This document shows, piece by piece, positions 1-14,996 of a stretch of 64,000 nt of DNA. The notes under the pieces are model-generated. The model was not told the origin of the DNA. It ran no database searches and saw only the letters and a program-made list of their open reading frames with translations. The stretch is from Salpingoeca rosetta (lineage: Eukaryota > Protista > Choanoflagellata). Numbering within the stretch: the first letter of the stretch is position 1; every line of letters begins with the position of its first letter. A program made the position numbers and the translations under genes. Location: contig JAWQFM010000006.1 in NCBI GenBank assembly GCA_033442325.1, positions 2,177,774 through 2,241,773 on the forward strand. The letters are read 5' to 3'.

Positions 1-56
1 CACCATCCCCCCCCCCCTCTCATATCACAACATGTGCGCTTGCCGTTTTGCTTCAG

Positions 57-710
57 CGCCGCTCGTGCTGTGTTCGACGGCTGCCGACGAATGGGCACTC
101 CTTGACGGTGCGTGTGGCAACCCTGTGTGCAACGCATGTGTCATTGACACGTGGCTCTCCCTCCTGCCCACCTCTCATCTCTCTCACTCTCACACACATA
201 CACTCACACCATCATTCTCCCCCCATCTCCCCTCCCCCCAAACACACACTCCCTCTTCCGCCCATACATCTTTGCAGTGGTGGCTGGTGACCACGTGGCT
301 TCGGTGATTCCGCGTGACTATGCGGCACACACGCTCCAAGTCGTGTGCTCCTTATCTCCACCGCGTCTGTGCCTCCTCACAACCCTCAGCCAGGTATAGC
401 CCCATGTGAACCCGGATGAACCTTAGATGTAAGCATGCACATGCACGCGTGCTTCCTTGTTGATCAAGCGACACGGAACAGCGAACCCGCCGCTCACATT
501 CTCACTGACGCCGTTGTGCTGGTTGATAGGCGGTGTTGCTGTCCCCACAAGGTGTCATTCGCGTGATTTCACTCGCCCAACCGCCAGGCTCCCTCTATTG
601 TGCTTCCACTACCTTCATTCATCAGTCTACCCAGGAGGGCCTGACATGCTTCTCAGCGTCGACAGGGTGCGCGCGCGCGTGTGTGTATGCGTGTGTGCAT
701 GCGTGTGCGT

Positions 711-758
<48 letters not shown>

Positions 759-1689
759 GCGTTCATCCGTGCGGTTAGAAATAATTGCTGTTCCATACAG
801 TCTGCAGCTTGCAACATGCACTGCAACCTCACACGACGCCATGGCTGGCTGCTGCTGTACAGCACTACGTTGATACCAAGCGACACCATCCCTTCAGGAC
901 GCATCCTGTGCACCGGCCACACAGCAAATCTTGAAGCAGGCGTTTGCCTTTACTCACGGGGTCAGTCGGTTCAGCGCAATCAGAAACGCATGTGTCGCCA
1001 CCTCGCACCCAGGCAACCACGCTCTCACATCAACACACACACACACACACACACTCACTCACTCGCACGCTCACACACACACACTCTCTCTCTCTAACCC
1101 CACCCTCCAACCACCCACAGGCTCCATGCAGCCGATGCTGCTTCCGCTGTCCGCGCTGCTGCAGTGTGCAGCTGCACCAGTTTCGGCTGATGGGGAGTCA
1201 CCGCCATCACAGTTCCACGACGCCATCGCCCGAAAACTTGCCGTGGACCAGGACACGCTTTCACGCACGCGCACGCTCAACGCACGCAAGCAACAGCTCC
1301 TGGCGCAGGCATTTGACACGTCGCTGTGTTCGTCGTTGTCAGCTGATGCAGCACCTGCACGCGCATTTGTCCGCACAGCGGCGAGACGGACCGACACCAG
1401 GCCGCAACGAAGACAGCAGCAGTGGCAGGAGGCTCAGCTCGTTACGTGCAACGATGGCGATGTTGTGTCGGAGCGAACAAAGCAAGGCACATGGCGGGTG
1501 GGGGGTGGTGGACAGCGAGTGCATGGTGATGAACGACCGGATTTACTGCACAAGACGCGGACCACACAGGCAAGAAGTGTCATTCAAGTGTGCAAAGAGT
1601 TGAAGCATGGGCGAGTTCGAGGCAGTGCGCTGATAAAACTCTTGCGAGTTGCGCAAGAAGCAAAAGCCCAAGTAAAGGAACAACATTAA
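57..1689 (+). CDS. 3' part of a spliced hypothetical protein gene (5' end upstream of the window)
   Basis: Phase-consistent GT-AG exon chain ~57-107, 278-393, 530-666, 863-960, 1121-1689 (APLVLCSTAADEWALLD/VVAGDHVASVIP.../AVLLSPQGVIRV.../GTTLIPSDTIP.../GSMQPMLLP...KEQH*). No family confidently recognised. Confidence 0.5.
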
Positions 1690-1773
1690 CGGCAAGAACG
1701 ACTTGAACATGAAACAACAAAGTGTGGCACGAAAAGACACACAAGCGAAAACAAAACAACACTCAGAACGCAT

Positions 1774-4483
1774 TTAGGTCATGGTAAACTCTTCCAGGTC
1801 AACGCCAACAAGAGAAGCAATGAAGTTGCAAAACTCGACAAACAGAATCTGCCCGCCCCCGTTGCGGTCAATCTTCGCAAACTCAGCCTGCGCCTCGTCG
1901 TCGCTCAGCCGCGACCCAAGCTTCTCCATCCCTGCCTTGAACTCCCCAACGTCAATCCTGCAACAAAACAAACGCAACAAAACAAACGCGTCAGTATCAG
2001 CCCGTCCCCAGAGTGATCCACGATCCATCCAATCCACAACACACACACACACACACGCACACGCACATGCACATGCACATGTGCAACGCAACGCAACGCA
2101 ACGCAATGAAAGACGCACCGTCGGTCGTCGCCAGTGTCAATGTCATCAAACACATCCCACAGGCGGTCAAAGAAGAACATGTTGCGCATAAACGCCGCAA
2201 ACTCCTTCTTCTCAACCCACGCATCCCCGTCGCCGTCCTTCAGCGTCGTCTTCTTGTACGCGCGCATCAGCGCAGGCTTGCTGATGTTCCACCCCTTCTC
2301 AACAACAAGCTTGTCAAGCTCAGCAAGGCTCACAATCCCGTTGTTGTTGAAGTCAACCTGGTTCCACAGCGACTTCATCTGATCCTTGTCCTTGATGATC
2401 GCAAGCGCCTCCTTGCTCGCCTCGTCCAGCCCAAGCCGCGCAAGCAGGCCCTCCTCGTCTGTCACACATACACACACACACATGTACACAGTCGCATCAA
2501 CGCACAAGCAGTGGTGAGCAAGCCACACTCCGCATGATAACACAACACCACGCAACACCACGCAACAAACTACCGTCCACCCATGCACACACACACACAC
2601 AGCCAATGGCGCAGCACAGCCATCACCAACAAAACAAAACAAAAAAAACTCACTCAGGCCGTCCTTGGCAGCAACAGGGGCAGCAGCAGGCTTGGCTTCG
2701 CTGCCCTCAGCAGCACCCTCCTTCGACGCCTCCGTCGCACCAGCGCTGCCAGGCTTCTTCGCTGCCCGGTCCGTGTCCTCCTGGAACGCAGCCTTGTCGC
2801 CCTCAAGCGCCGCTCCAACGAGCCCAGCAACGTAGTGGCAGAACTCCTTGAACAGAATCTGCCCGCCCCCGTTGCGGTCAATCTTCGCAAACTCAGCCTG
2901 CGCCTCGTCGTCGCTCAGCCGCGACCCAAGCTTCTCCATCCCTGCCTTGAACTCCCCAACGTCAATCCTGCAACAAAACAAACGCAACAAAACAAACGCG
3001 TCAGTATCAGCCCGTCCCCAGAGTGATCCACGATCCATCCAATCCACAACACACACACACACACACACGCACACGCACATGCACATGCACATGTGCAACG
3101 CAACGCAACGCAACGCAACGCAATGAAAGACGCACCGTCGGTCGTCGCCAGTGTCAATGTCATCAAACACATCCCACAGGCGGTCAAAGAAGAACATGTT
3201 GCGCATAAACGCCGCAAACTCCTTCTTCTCAACCCACGCATCCCCGTCGCCGTCCTTCAGCGTCGTCTTCTTGTACGCGCGCATCAGCGCAGGCTTGCTG
3301 ATGTTCCACCCCTTCTCAACAACAAGCTTGTCAAGCTCAGCAAGGCTCACAATCCCGTTGTTGTTGAAGTCAACCTGGTTCCACAGCGACTTCATCTGAT
3401 CCTTGTCCTTGATGATCGCAAGCGCCTCCTTGCTCGCCTCATTCGGTGCAATCTTCCGCAACAGGGCCTGTTGATCTGCACGAACACCAGACAAGCAGAA
3501 CTTTGGTGAGAAAAGGTTTTGACCTGCTTAGTTTTTATCGCTGCCCTGACTTGCTTACCGTTTTGCACCCGGTCAGTGAACACACACACACGCACACAAA
3601 TTGACTCACGCTTTTACCCACGACCACAAAGTAATCATTGCTTACCAAACGTCAGTGGCGGCGGTGACGGCTTTGATTGCTTGGACTCAGGCTCGAGCAC
3701 GCTGGCTGTTGGCTTTTGGACTTCGTGCTCCGTCTGCGCAGGTGTAGCAGGCTTTTCCGGCTCCGTTTGGGCTGACGCTTGCGATGGGGGTGCTTGTGGC
3801 TTTGGTGGCAGTTGCGCTGCCTCTGGCGCCGGCTGTGCGGGTTTTGTCTCCATTGGGGGCGCGGATGCCTGGGCTGGGGTCGTCTGCACGCTGGAGGTTG
3901 TTTCAGCCTCCGTCGGCGTTTCTCGCACGATGGTGACGGGCTTTGGTGGGGGTGGTGCAGAAGGGTTCTCACGCTCGTTGTACGCGGCCCTGAAGTACTG
4001 TGCGCCATACTTGACAATGTCCTTTGGTTGATCCCGCAGGACCTGTTGGTCAACAACACCAAGCAATCGACAGTGTGCATGTGAGTGTGTGAGGAAGTGT
4101 GTGTGTGCGTGTGTTCGTATGAGAGTGAGGGTGTGCGTGAGGTGCGTGCTCGTATGAGAGTGTGTGTTCGTGTGAGAGTGTTTATGTGAGAGTGTGTGTT
4201 CATGTATGAGGGTGTGCGAGAGGCAGTAAGTGGGCAACGCACGCACAGTTTGTGCATGAAGCATTGGAAGTTGGAACAAAGGAACACATGTTTGAGCTAC
4301 AGAGAGGGAGGTGAGTGGAATCGTACAAACAAGGCAGGTGACAAGTTTCACTTTGCATGACAAGGTGCCACGCTCGCTCGCGCTGTGGCATGGCATGGAA
4401 CGAACCTCTTTTGCAAACGACCACAGGAGCTCCTCCAAGCCCTCTGGAGGCCTCAGCTTGTGGGGTGCATACGACATGGACAT
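1774..4483 (-). CDS. RIIa (PKA dimerisation/docking, SPA17/ropporin-type) domain protein with Pro/Ala/Thr-rich linker and two tandem calflagin/FCaBP-like EF-hand modules
   Basis: Exons 4483-4406, 4042-3646, 3475-3136, 2967-2654, 2458-2119, 1957-1774 join in phase. The N-terminus LRPPEGLEELLWSFAKEVLRDQPKDIVKYGAQYF fits the RIIa D/D pattern. EF-hand loops DFNNNGIVSLAE, DGDGDAWVEKKE, DTGDDRRIDVGE and DRNGGGQILFxE each occur twice, spaced as in trypanosome flagellar Ca-binding protein. Confidence 0.85.
1841..3440. repeat. Intragenic direct repeat: 1841-2423 versus 2851-3440 (exon-intron-exon), near-identical
   Basis: By eye the copies differ only by one extra CA unit and one extra CAACG unit in the intron (583 versus 590 bp). 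Confidence 0.9.
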
Positions 4484-4609
4484 GGTGGGTGACCTTGGTT
4501 CCTTGGTTCCCTGCCTCTTGTGGATCGAGCAAGTGAAGGTTGTAGGGTCGTGCTGTTTGTGCAGTCTTGGGTTGGTGGTCAAGCGTTGGAAGGATAAGTG
4601 CAAGCAAGC

Positions 4610-4622
4610 GTTGCCAAGCAAG
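4610..4622. promoter_or_regulatory. X-box/RFX-like motif GTTGCCAAGCAAG in the divergent promoter between the EF-hand gene and DDX41
   Basis: GTTGCCA half-site plus an imperfect second half, ~127 bp upstream of the ATG of a flagellar-type gene. Confidence 0.35.
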
Positions 4623-4810
4623 AACAGAAGGGGGAGAGCCACGAAAGAAAATTTACCGTTAGGTTACAACAGCATGAAATGATGTCTGAGTTGCAACGAC
4701 TGATTTCAGTTCCACAGCTGCCACATCCACGCAACGAACAAGCCAACCAAAGCAGCAGAGGAGAGAACGACCACAGACACACACGCACAACCACACACAA
4801 CCAAACGACG

Positions 4811-7161
4811 ATGGCGACGATGAGGGGTGGTGAAGGTGATGATGGCACGCTGCTGCCGAAGCGGGAGAAAGTGGAGGATGACGGTGGTGACTTGAAGGCT
4901 GAGGAAGAGGACGACTACGTGCCGTATGTGCCACTGCGGCAGAGGAAGAAGGACAAGGAGGAGAAGCGGCAGGCGAGGCGTCGCCACCAGCAGCAGATGG
5001 AGGAGGAGAGGCGGCGACGGAAGGAGCGGGAGCAGGCGGCGCCGCAAGTTGGCCCGCAGGCCAAGCAGACGCTGGTGCAGTTCCACGGCAAAAGCATGCA
5101 GGAAGGGCGCATCATCGAGCAATCGGATTTGGAGAAGCAGCTCACGCAGGAACAAGAGATTCTGCGCAGCATCCGCAACGCCAAGGAGCTCAAGTCCGTG
5201 GAGGAGTTGGCAAAGGGCATCTCATATGCAGAGCCAATCAGGACATCGTGGCGGCCCCCGCGACACGTCAGGCACAGAACAGAGCAGAAGAACGAGCGCA
5301 TTCGCAAGAAGTGGAACATTATCGTGGAGGGCCGTGACTGTGCACCCGCCGTCACCAACTTCCGTGACATGAAGCTGCCCACATGCCTCGTCGATTACCT
5401 TGACTCTCAAGGCATCAAGACCCCAACGCCAATTCAAATGCAAGGTGTGCTTGTTGTGGGTGTGTGTGCATGTGTTCGTGTTCGTGTGTGTGCATACGTG
5501 TGTGTGTGTATGTGCATGCGTGTGTGTATGTGCATGCGTGTGTGTATGTGCATGCGTGTGTGTATGTGAACGCGCGCGCGTGGGTGAACGTTTTCATGCG
5601 AGAGATGGGTGATAGGTTTTGGGCGCGATTTGTACCTGTGAGTTTGCGTTTGCGTTTGTGTGGGTGAAGCGTGTGACACTATGATTAAGTCAGTGCTCGT
5701 ACATAGCTGAGCACCCAGTTCATCACCCAACAATCATCTTTCTCACACACACTCTTACGCACCCCTTCCCCCCCCCCCGCCCCACGCACACACAACGCTT
5801 ATCATACCGCACAAAACAGGGCTTCCTGTTGCGTTGAGTGGACGAGACATGATTGGCATTGCATTTACCGGGTCCGGCAAGACGCTGTGCTTCTCGCTGC
5901 CGGCCATCATGCTGACCATGGAGCAGGAGATCAAGATGCCGTTCCAGCGCGGGGAGGGCCCTTACGCGTGCGTGCTGTGCCCCTCGCGCGAGCTTGCGCG
6001 GCAGACGTTTGATGCGGTTAAGGAGTATGCCGGCGTGCTGCACAAGGGCGGCATGCCCAAGCTGAACATTGTGCTGTGCATGGGTGGTGTGGACATGCGG
6101 GAGCAGCTGTACGAGTGCCACAACATTGTACACATTGCCGTGTGCACGCCCGGTCGCCTGATTGACATGCTGACCAAGAAGAAGTTCACCTTCAACGTGT
6201 GCCGCTACTTTTGCATGGATGAGGCAGATCGCATGGTTGATCTGGGCTTCGAGGAAGACGTACGCAACAATCGCTCACCTCCGTGTTTCTGTGTTTTGAT
6301 GTTTGGTGTTTGTTGTTGAGAAGTGGTGTGTTGGGTTGATTCACGAATGTGTGTGCGTGTGCGTGTGCGTGTGTGTATGTGTGCGTGCGTGTGTGTGGTT
6401 GTGCAAGTGCGCCTGTGTGCTCTCGCTTGGTTGTTCTGCCTTGGCCTTGATTCGTTTGTTCCTGTGTCCATATCTCACGTTACACGTATCTCCTCTCGTT
6501 TGTGGTTCACCATTCACCATTCACCATTCACCATCCAGATTCGCACCATCTTCTCCTTCTTCAACGGGCAGCGTCAGACCGTCCTTTTCAGTGCTACCAT
6601 GCCCACAAAGATTCGAGGTGTGTCTGTGTCTGTGTCTGTGTCTGTGCATGTGTGCGTGTGTGCGTGTGTGCGTGTGTGCGTGTGTGCGTGTGGGTGTGTA
6701 AATGAAGTCGTGTCGATTGTTGTGACTGGTCCATATGCCTTTTTTTTTTTTTGGTTGTTGTTTGCTATGATGGCTGCCGTGGCGTGGCAGTTTCGCAAGG
6801 TTTTCCTCACACATCACCACGTGCCCACCACCGCCTTGTTGCTGCTCAGACTTTGCGCAGAGTGCGCTCGTTGACCCGATTACGGTGAACGTTGGCCGCG
6901 CCGGTGCTGCGAGTCTGGACGTCGTGCAGGAGGTTGAGCACGTGCGACCAGAGGCGAAGATTGTGTACCTGCTGGAGTGTCTGCAGAAGACGCCTCCGCC
7001 CGTCATGATCTTCTCGGAGAAAAAGGCCGATGTCGACGATATCCACGAGTACCTCCTCCTCAAAGGTGCGCACTACAGCAGGAGGGGAGAGGAGTGTGTT
7101 GTGTCGTGTGTGTGTGTGTCTTGTGTGTGTCTTGTGTGTGTCTTGTGTGTGTGTGTGTGTG

Positions 7162-7217
<56 letters not shown>

Positions 7218-7903
7218 AATTGGGTGGTTGTGTGTTTGTATTTGCGTGTTCGTGGACACGCATATGCGTCAACCTATCACCATCGCATCACATCACACCA
7301 CATCACCGCCGATATACACACTGCACGCTCGCACACACATGCACACAAATGCTTCCGCCTCGTCCCGCATGTGCTGACTGCGGTTTCCTCTGTGCTCCCT
7401 GGCGTGGTGCAGGCGTGCAAGCTGTTGCGATCCACGGCGGCAAGGACCAGGAGGAGCGTGATATGGCCGTCAAGGCGTTCAAGAAGGGTCAGAAAGACGT
7501 GCTTGTGGCCACAGACATCGCAAGCAAGGGCCTCGACTTCAAGGGCATCCAGCACGTCATCAACTTTGACATGCCTGACGAGCTCGAGAACTACGTGCAT
7601 CGTATTGGGCGCACGGGCCGCAGCGGGCGCACGGGTCTTGCCACAACGTTCATCAACGACGAGGTGCCCGAGATTTCGCTGCTTGATCTCAAGTACCTGC
7701 TCAAGGAGGCCAAGCAGCGCGTGCCGCCGTTCCTGCAGAACCTGCGCTCGGAGCACGAGAAGTTCCTTGAGCACGGCGGGTGCGCGTACTGCGGCGGCCC
7801 TGGGCACCGCATCACGTCCTGCCCAAAGCTGGAGAGCGTGCAGTCGCAGCAGGTCAGCCGGGTCGGCCGCGGCGACGGCCTCGCAGGCGGCGACGAGTCA
7901 TGA
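4811..7903 (+). CDS. DDX41: DEAD-box RNA helicase DDX41/Abstrakt
   Basis: Exons ~4811-5444, 5820-6259, 6539-6618, 6850-7064, 7413-7903. Motifs [69 protein letters not shown], and C-terminal zinc knuckle [15 protein letters not shown]. Confidence 0.96.
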
Positions 7904-7967
7904 GAGAGGGAGTGGGAAGGAGAGGAGGAGAGATGGTGGAAAGGGTGGGGGGAAGGGAAGGAAGCTG

Positions 7968-8006
<39 letters not shown>

Positions 8007-8427
8007 GTGTGCGTCGTGTTGGGTGTGTGTCGTGTCGGGCGTGTCTGTGTGTCTCTGTGTTGGATGTGTCTGTGTTGGATGTGTGTGTGTGTGTGTGTGT
8101 CTGTGTGTGTGTGTGTCTGTGTGTGTGTGTGTGTCGTGTGTGTCGTGTGTGTCGTGTTGGGTGTGCCCAAAACAAAGTAAACAACGAGTGTCGTCATGCA
8201 TGCATGTTGCGCAATTTGCGCACTGCTGGAGGAAGAAAATCGGTCGAGTGTTCGACCACTTTTCTACAATGCACACCTCCAAACCAACAAACCCACGCAT
8301 CGTTGTGCATTCCCCCTCCAAGCTCCATCGCTTGGTCGCTTGCTTGCTTGGTTGTTGTTGTCACACACGCACACACATCCTCGCTTCCCCTCTCTCTTCA
8401 CCACCTCTCTCTTCACCACCCAGCAAG

Positions 8428-11069
<2,642 letters not shown>

Positions 11070-11172
11070 CACGCGCGTGTTTGTGCGATTGCACTTACCT
11101 GTGTATGTGTGTGCGTGCGATTGCATGCGCTTGTCTGTGCTTGTCTGGTTGCTCTTGTGTGCGGATGCGACC

Positions 11173-11236
<64 letters not shown>

Positions 11237-11338
11237 ATGTGTAATTGGCTTTGAAACAAGATGAAGATGATGCATTGATTGTCTGCTGTGCGTGATGATG
11301 TGTTGGCTAGTTCGTTTCTATTCCCTTCCCCGCCTCCC

Positions 11339-11394
<56 letters not shown>

Positions 11395-11586
11395 GTTACC
11401 GTGATGTTCGTTCACCCATTGAAAAACCATGCCCCTTGTGGCGAGCAGATTGTGTCGTAATGCCTCTTGACACAGCCAAACGAAAAGCCAAAGGCGGTTG
11501 CCCAATTCATTAACACTTCGCAACACCACTTGGTCGCTTTTGTTGCTGGTCGCGTTGCTGCTGGGGTGTGCACGAGGACAAGGACG

Positions 11587-13590
11587 ATGATGCGACGAGG
11601 TGCGCGTGTCGCAGTGGTGCGACGCACACTGGCCAGCTCCAGTGGCCGCGATCCCGCCGCGCAGCCGGCGGTTGTGTACCCTTCTCGGGATGAATGGTGG
11701 GGACGCCAGGCCGGGTCCGGCCACACCACCGTCAGAGCAGGTGCGCACGTGTGCTTGTGCATGCATGCGTGCTTGTGTATGCATGTGTGAGCATGCGTGT
11801 GTGTGTGTGCGCGCACGTGTATGTGTGTGTGTGTGTGTGCGCACGTGTATGTGTGTGTGTATGTGTATGTGTGTGTGTGTGTGTGAGCATGTGTGTGTGT
11901 GTGTGTACATGTGTGTGTGTACGTGTGTTGTGAGCACACATTTGTTGTCCGCTTTGCCTCGCTGCCACACACACACACATACACATGCACACACACACAT
12001 ACACATGCACACACACACACATACACATGCACACATACACATGCACACACACATACACACACATGCTCACACACGCGCGCACGCACACCACATGGAAAGG
12101 CGATGAGAGCGGGGAGGAAGTTGTGTTTAGTCAACTGCGAGCGGAGAACCAGGATGTGCTGTCCAAGATCCCGGAGGTGCGACAACTCAACCGGTTCCAT
12201 CATGACCTGCGCACGCTGCCGCACAGCAAGGATGACCTGTTCGCCCACGCGCGTTCCTTCGGCTCCAACCCGGAGCTGGAGGACGTGATCCTGTTCCACC
12301 GCACGTCCATGAGGGAGGCGGGCATTGACCGCGACGCCGTCCTGCGCATGCTCAAGGCCGGCATGATGACCTTCTGCAGCCACACGGAGGCGCGCGTGGC
12401 CTCGTTCTTCGGTCGGGGCTTCTACACCATCGGGCCCTGCGGCGAGGAGCTCATGGCCGCCGTGGGCGAACTCCTCCGCCCAACAGACTTCATCTGCCTG
12501 CACTACCGCCACCTCGCCACCCAGTTTGTTCGACAGATCCGCATGGGCCGCAGCCTGTCGGACTCGCTGCTCGCCCGCGCCCGCGCACACACCGTCTCCG
12601 CCTACGACGAGGTGACCGGCGGCGTGCACTGCGCCCTCGGCGGCGACGCCCACGACCCGTACTCCTTCATCGCCACCAGCACGCTCGCGTCTCAGTGCCC
12701 GCCAGCCGTCGGGCGTGCGCTCGGCAACGGGCTGGCGTCGCGGCTGGCTGCCGGCTTTGCGCCCGCGAGCGCCGTGAGCTACGTCAGCGTTGGGGACGGC
12801 TCCATCAACAACGCGCACTTCCTCACCGCCATCAACTTTGCCGAGTACGCCAAGTTCCGCGGGTACAAGTGCCCCGTCGTATTTGGCGTCACAGACAACA
12901 ACCTCAGCATCTCGCTCAAGGGATACAAGTGGTTCTCCGAGGGGTTTCTCTCGCACGTCAACATTGCGCGGTTCGTGGCTGACGGGCGGGACATGGCGCA
13001 GGTGTACACCGCGGCCAACAACGCCATCACCCACGCGCGGCGCAACAAGGAGGCCGTCATCTTGGCCGTGACAGACATGCCGCGGCGGTTTGGGCACGCG
13101 GCCACAGACCGGCAGGACGCGTACCTGACGCAGGAGGAGATGGACCTGCACGAGTACTCCAACCCGCTGCTCGGCGCGTGCTTGCAAGCAATTGACGAGG
13201 GCCTGGTGTCGCGGGAGGAGCTGGTGGCCATGCTTGATGAGGTGCACGGCGAAACGATCCGCGCGTTTGACACAGCTACGCAGGAGCCAAAGGTGTCACT
13301 GGAGAGCACGCTGCAGCGGCTGCACCGGTCTGCGCTGCCGCCGTGCGAGACATATGTGCAAGAGACGTCGATGGACCGCGTGCGGGCGACCAAGGGCCGC
13401 AAGCTCGTCATGCGCAAGGCAATGACGCGCGTCCTCGACGAAATCCTCAACACTTACGACGACGTGCGTACATGTGTGCGTGTGTGTGTGTGTGGGGGGG
13501 GGGGTAATGTGTGTGTATGTGTGTGCGCGTATGTGCGTGTGTGTGTGTGTGTGCGTGCGTGCGTGTGTGTGTGCGTGCGTATGTGTGTGC

Positions 13591-13639
<49 letters not shown>

Positions 13640-14585
13640 CGTATGTGTGTGTGTGTGTGTGGGATAGAGAGAGAGGTACGGATGAGAGCTCGCTGGTGTT
13701 GCGTTGAATTGTTCTGTGGTTACCACTGCGAACATTCATCATCACCACGACACTCCCCCTCCCCTCACACACACACACACACACACACACAAATGCAGGT
13801 TGTGTACATGGGTGAGGACGTGGAGCACGGCGGGTACTATCTGGTGACGGATGGGCTGGTTGACAAGTACAACGTGCGTGTGCGCGACTTCCCACCAGAC
13901 GAAACCATGCTCGCTGGTGCCGGGCAGGGCTTTTCCCAGGTCGGCCTCACCCCAATCGTCGAAATCCCTTACGCAAAGGTGTGTGTGTGCGTGCATGTGT
14001 GTGTGCGTGCATGTGTGTGTACGGTCCTGTACCTTCCTGTGCCTTCCCATGTGTGCACGGATTTACATGCACCTTTCATGTACCATGAGGTGTTAACCAC
14101 GCTCCTGCCTCTCTTGGCTCAACACACTGCAGTATCTCGACTGCGGCATGGACATGTTCCTGGAGACCATCTTCACCACGTGGTTGAGCAACGCCTCCCC
14201 CTCAAAGGGCATGATCTACCGCCTGCAGGGCTTTGACAAGGGCGTGTTTGGCGGCAACCACCACACGACCAACGTGCTGACGCTGCCGCCGGGGCTGGAT
14301 GTGGTGTGCTACTCCTGCGGCGAGGACTATGCGCGCGGCTGGCGGTTCCTGATCAAGCGGGCGCGCGAAGGGCGGGTGATTATGAGCGTGGACTCCACCA
14401 ACCTGCTGAACAAGCGGCACCTGCTGCAGGACGACGACGCCTGGCGCCGCACCTACCCGGGGCCCGACGAGGAGATGCACATGCACACCGTCATCCGCTA
14501 CAGCCCAACAGCTGCAAATGCAACAACAGCAGACGCAACAACAACTTCAACAACCCAGCAGTCACCCGAGGTAGACGCCACACCT

Positions 14586-14635
<50 letters not shown>

Positions 14636-14996
14636 GCGTGTGCTGTTGGTGACGTACGGCAACGGTGTTCCGACGTGTCTGGAGGCGGCCGAGGAGCTGC
14701 GGGCAGATGGGGTGGAGGCGACGGTGGTGGACACGCCGCTGATCAGCGAAGTACCGCATGGGCTGCGCGACATCCTGGCCAGCAAGGAGTTTGACCGCGT
14801 CGTGTTTGCTGATGTGTGTAAGCAAGGACAGAACCCGTACGCAGGGTTCATCTGCCAGCTGCAGTCGGAAGGCTACCTTCCCCAGCATTGGTACTGCGTC
14901 ACGGCTTGTCCCACCTACAACCCGCTTGGCAGCACCATCACCTTCCTCTCCAAGGAGGGTGTTGTGGCCGCTGCTCAGCGCCTTCTGACCGAATGA
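11587..14996 (+). CDS. ThDP-dependent 2-oxoacid dehydrogenase E1, alpha and beta subunits fused in one chain (bacterial-type), with putative mitochondrial presequence
   Basis: Exons ~11587-11740, 12100-13463, 13799-13978, 14133-14996. ThDP motif GDGSINN...TDNN. Alpha motifs [24 protein letters not shown]. Beta motifs [26 protein letters not shown]. Arg-rich, acid-free N-terminus [17 protein letters not shown]. Confidence 0.88.
14587..14637 (+). repeat. (CAG)n/CAA polyglutamine tract inside the E1 beta moiety
   Basis: About 17 consecutive Gln codons in a Thr/Ala/Gln linker before the C-terminal transketolase-like domain. Confidence 0.9.

Noticed and set aside
57-1689. Faint resemblance of the first gene to FANCB (beta-rich region followed by AIARKLAVDQDTLSRTRTLNARKQQLLAQAF helix)
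   Set aside because: Only a loose pattern impression. A profile search would be needed, so it is left as hypothetical.
11412-13247. 611-aa minus-strand ORF
   Set aside because: Antisense shadow of the GC-rich E1 dehydrogenase exon.
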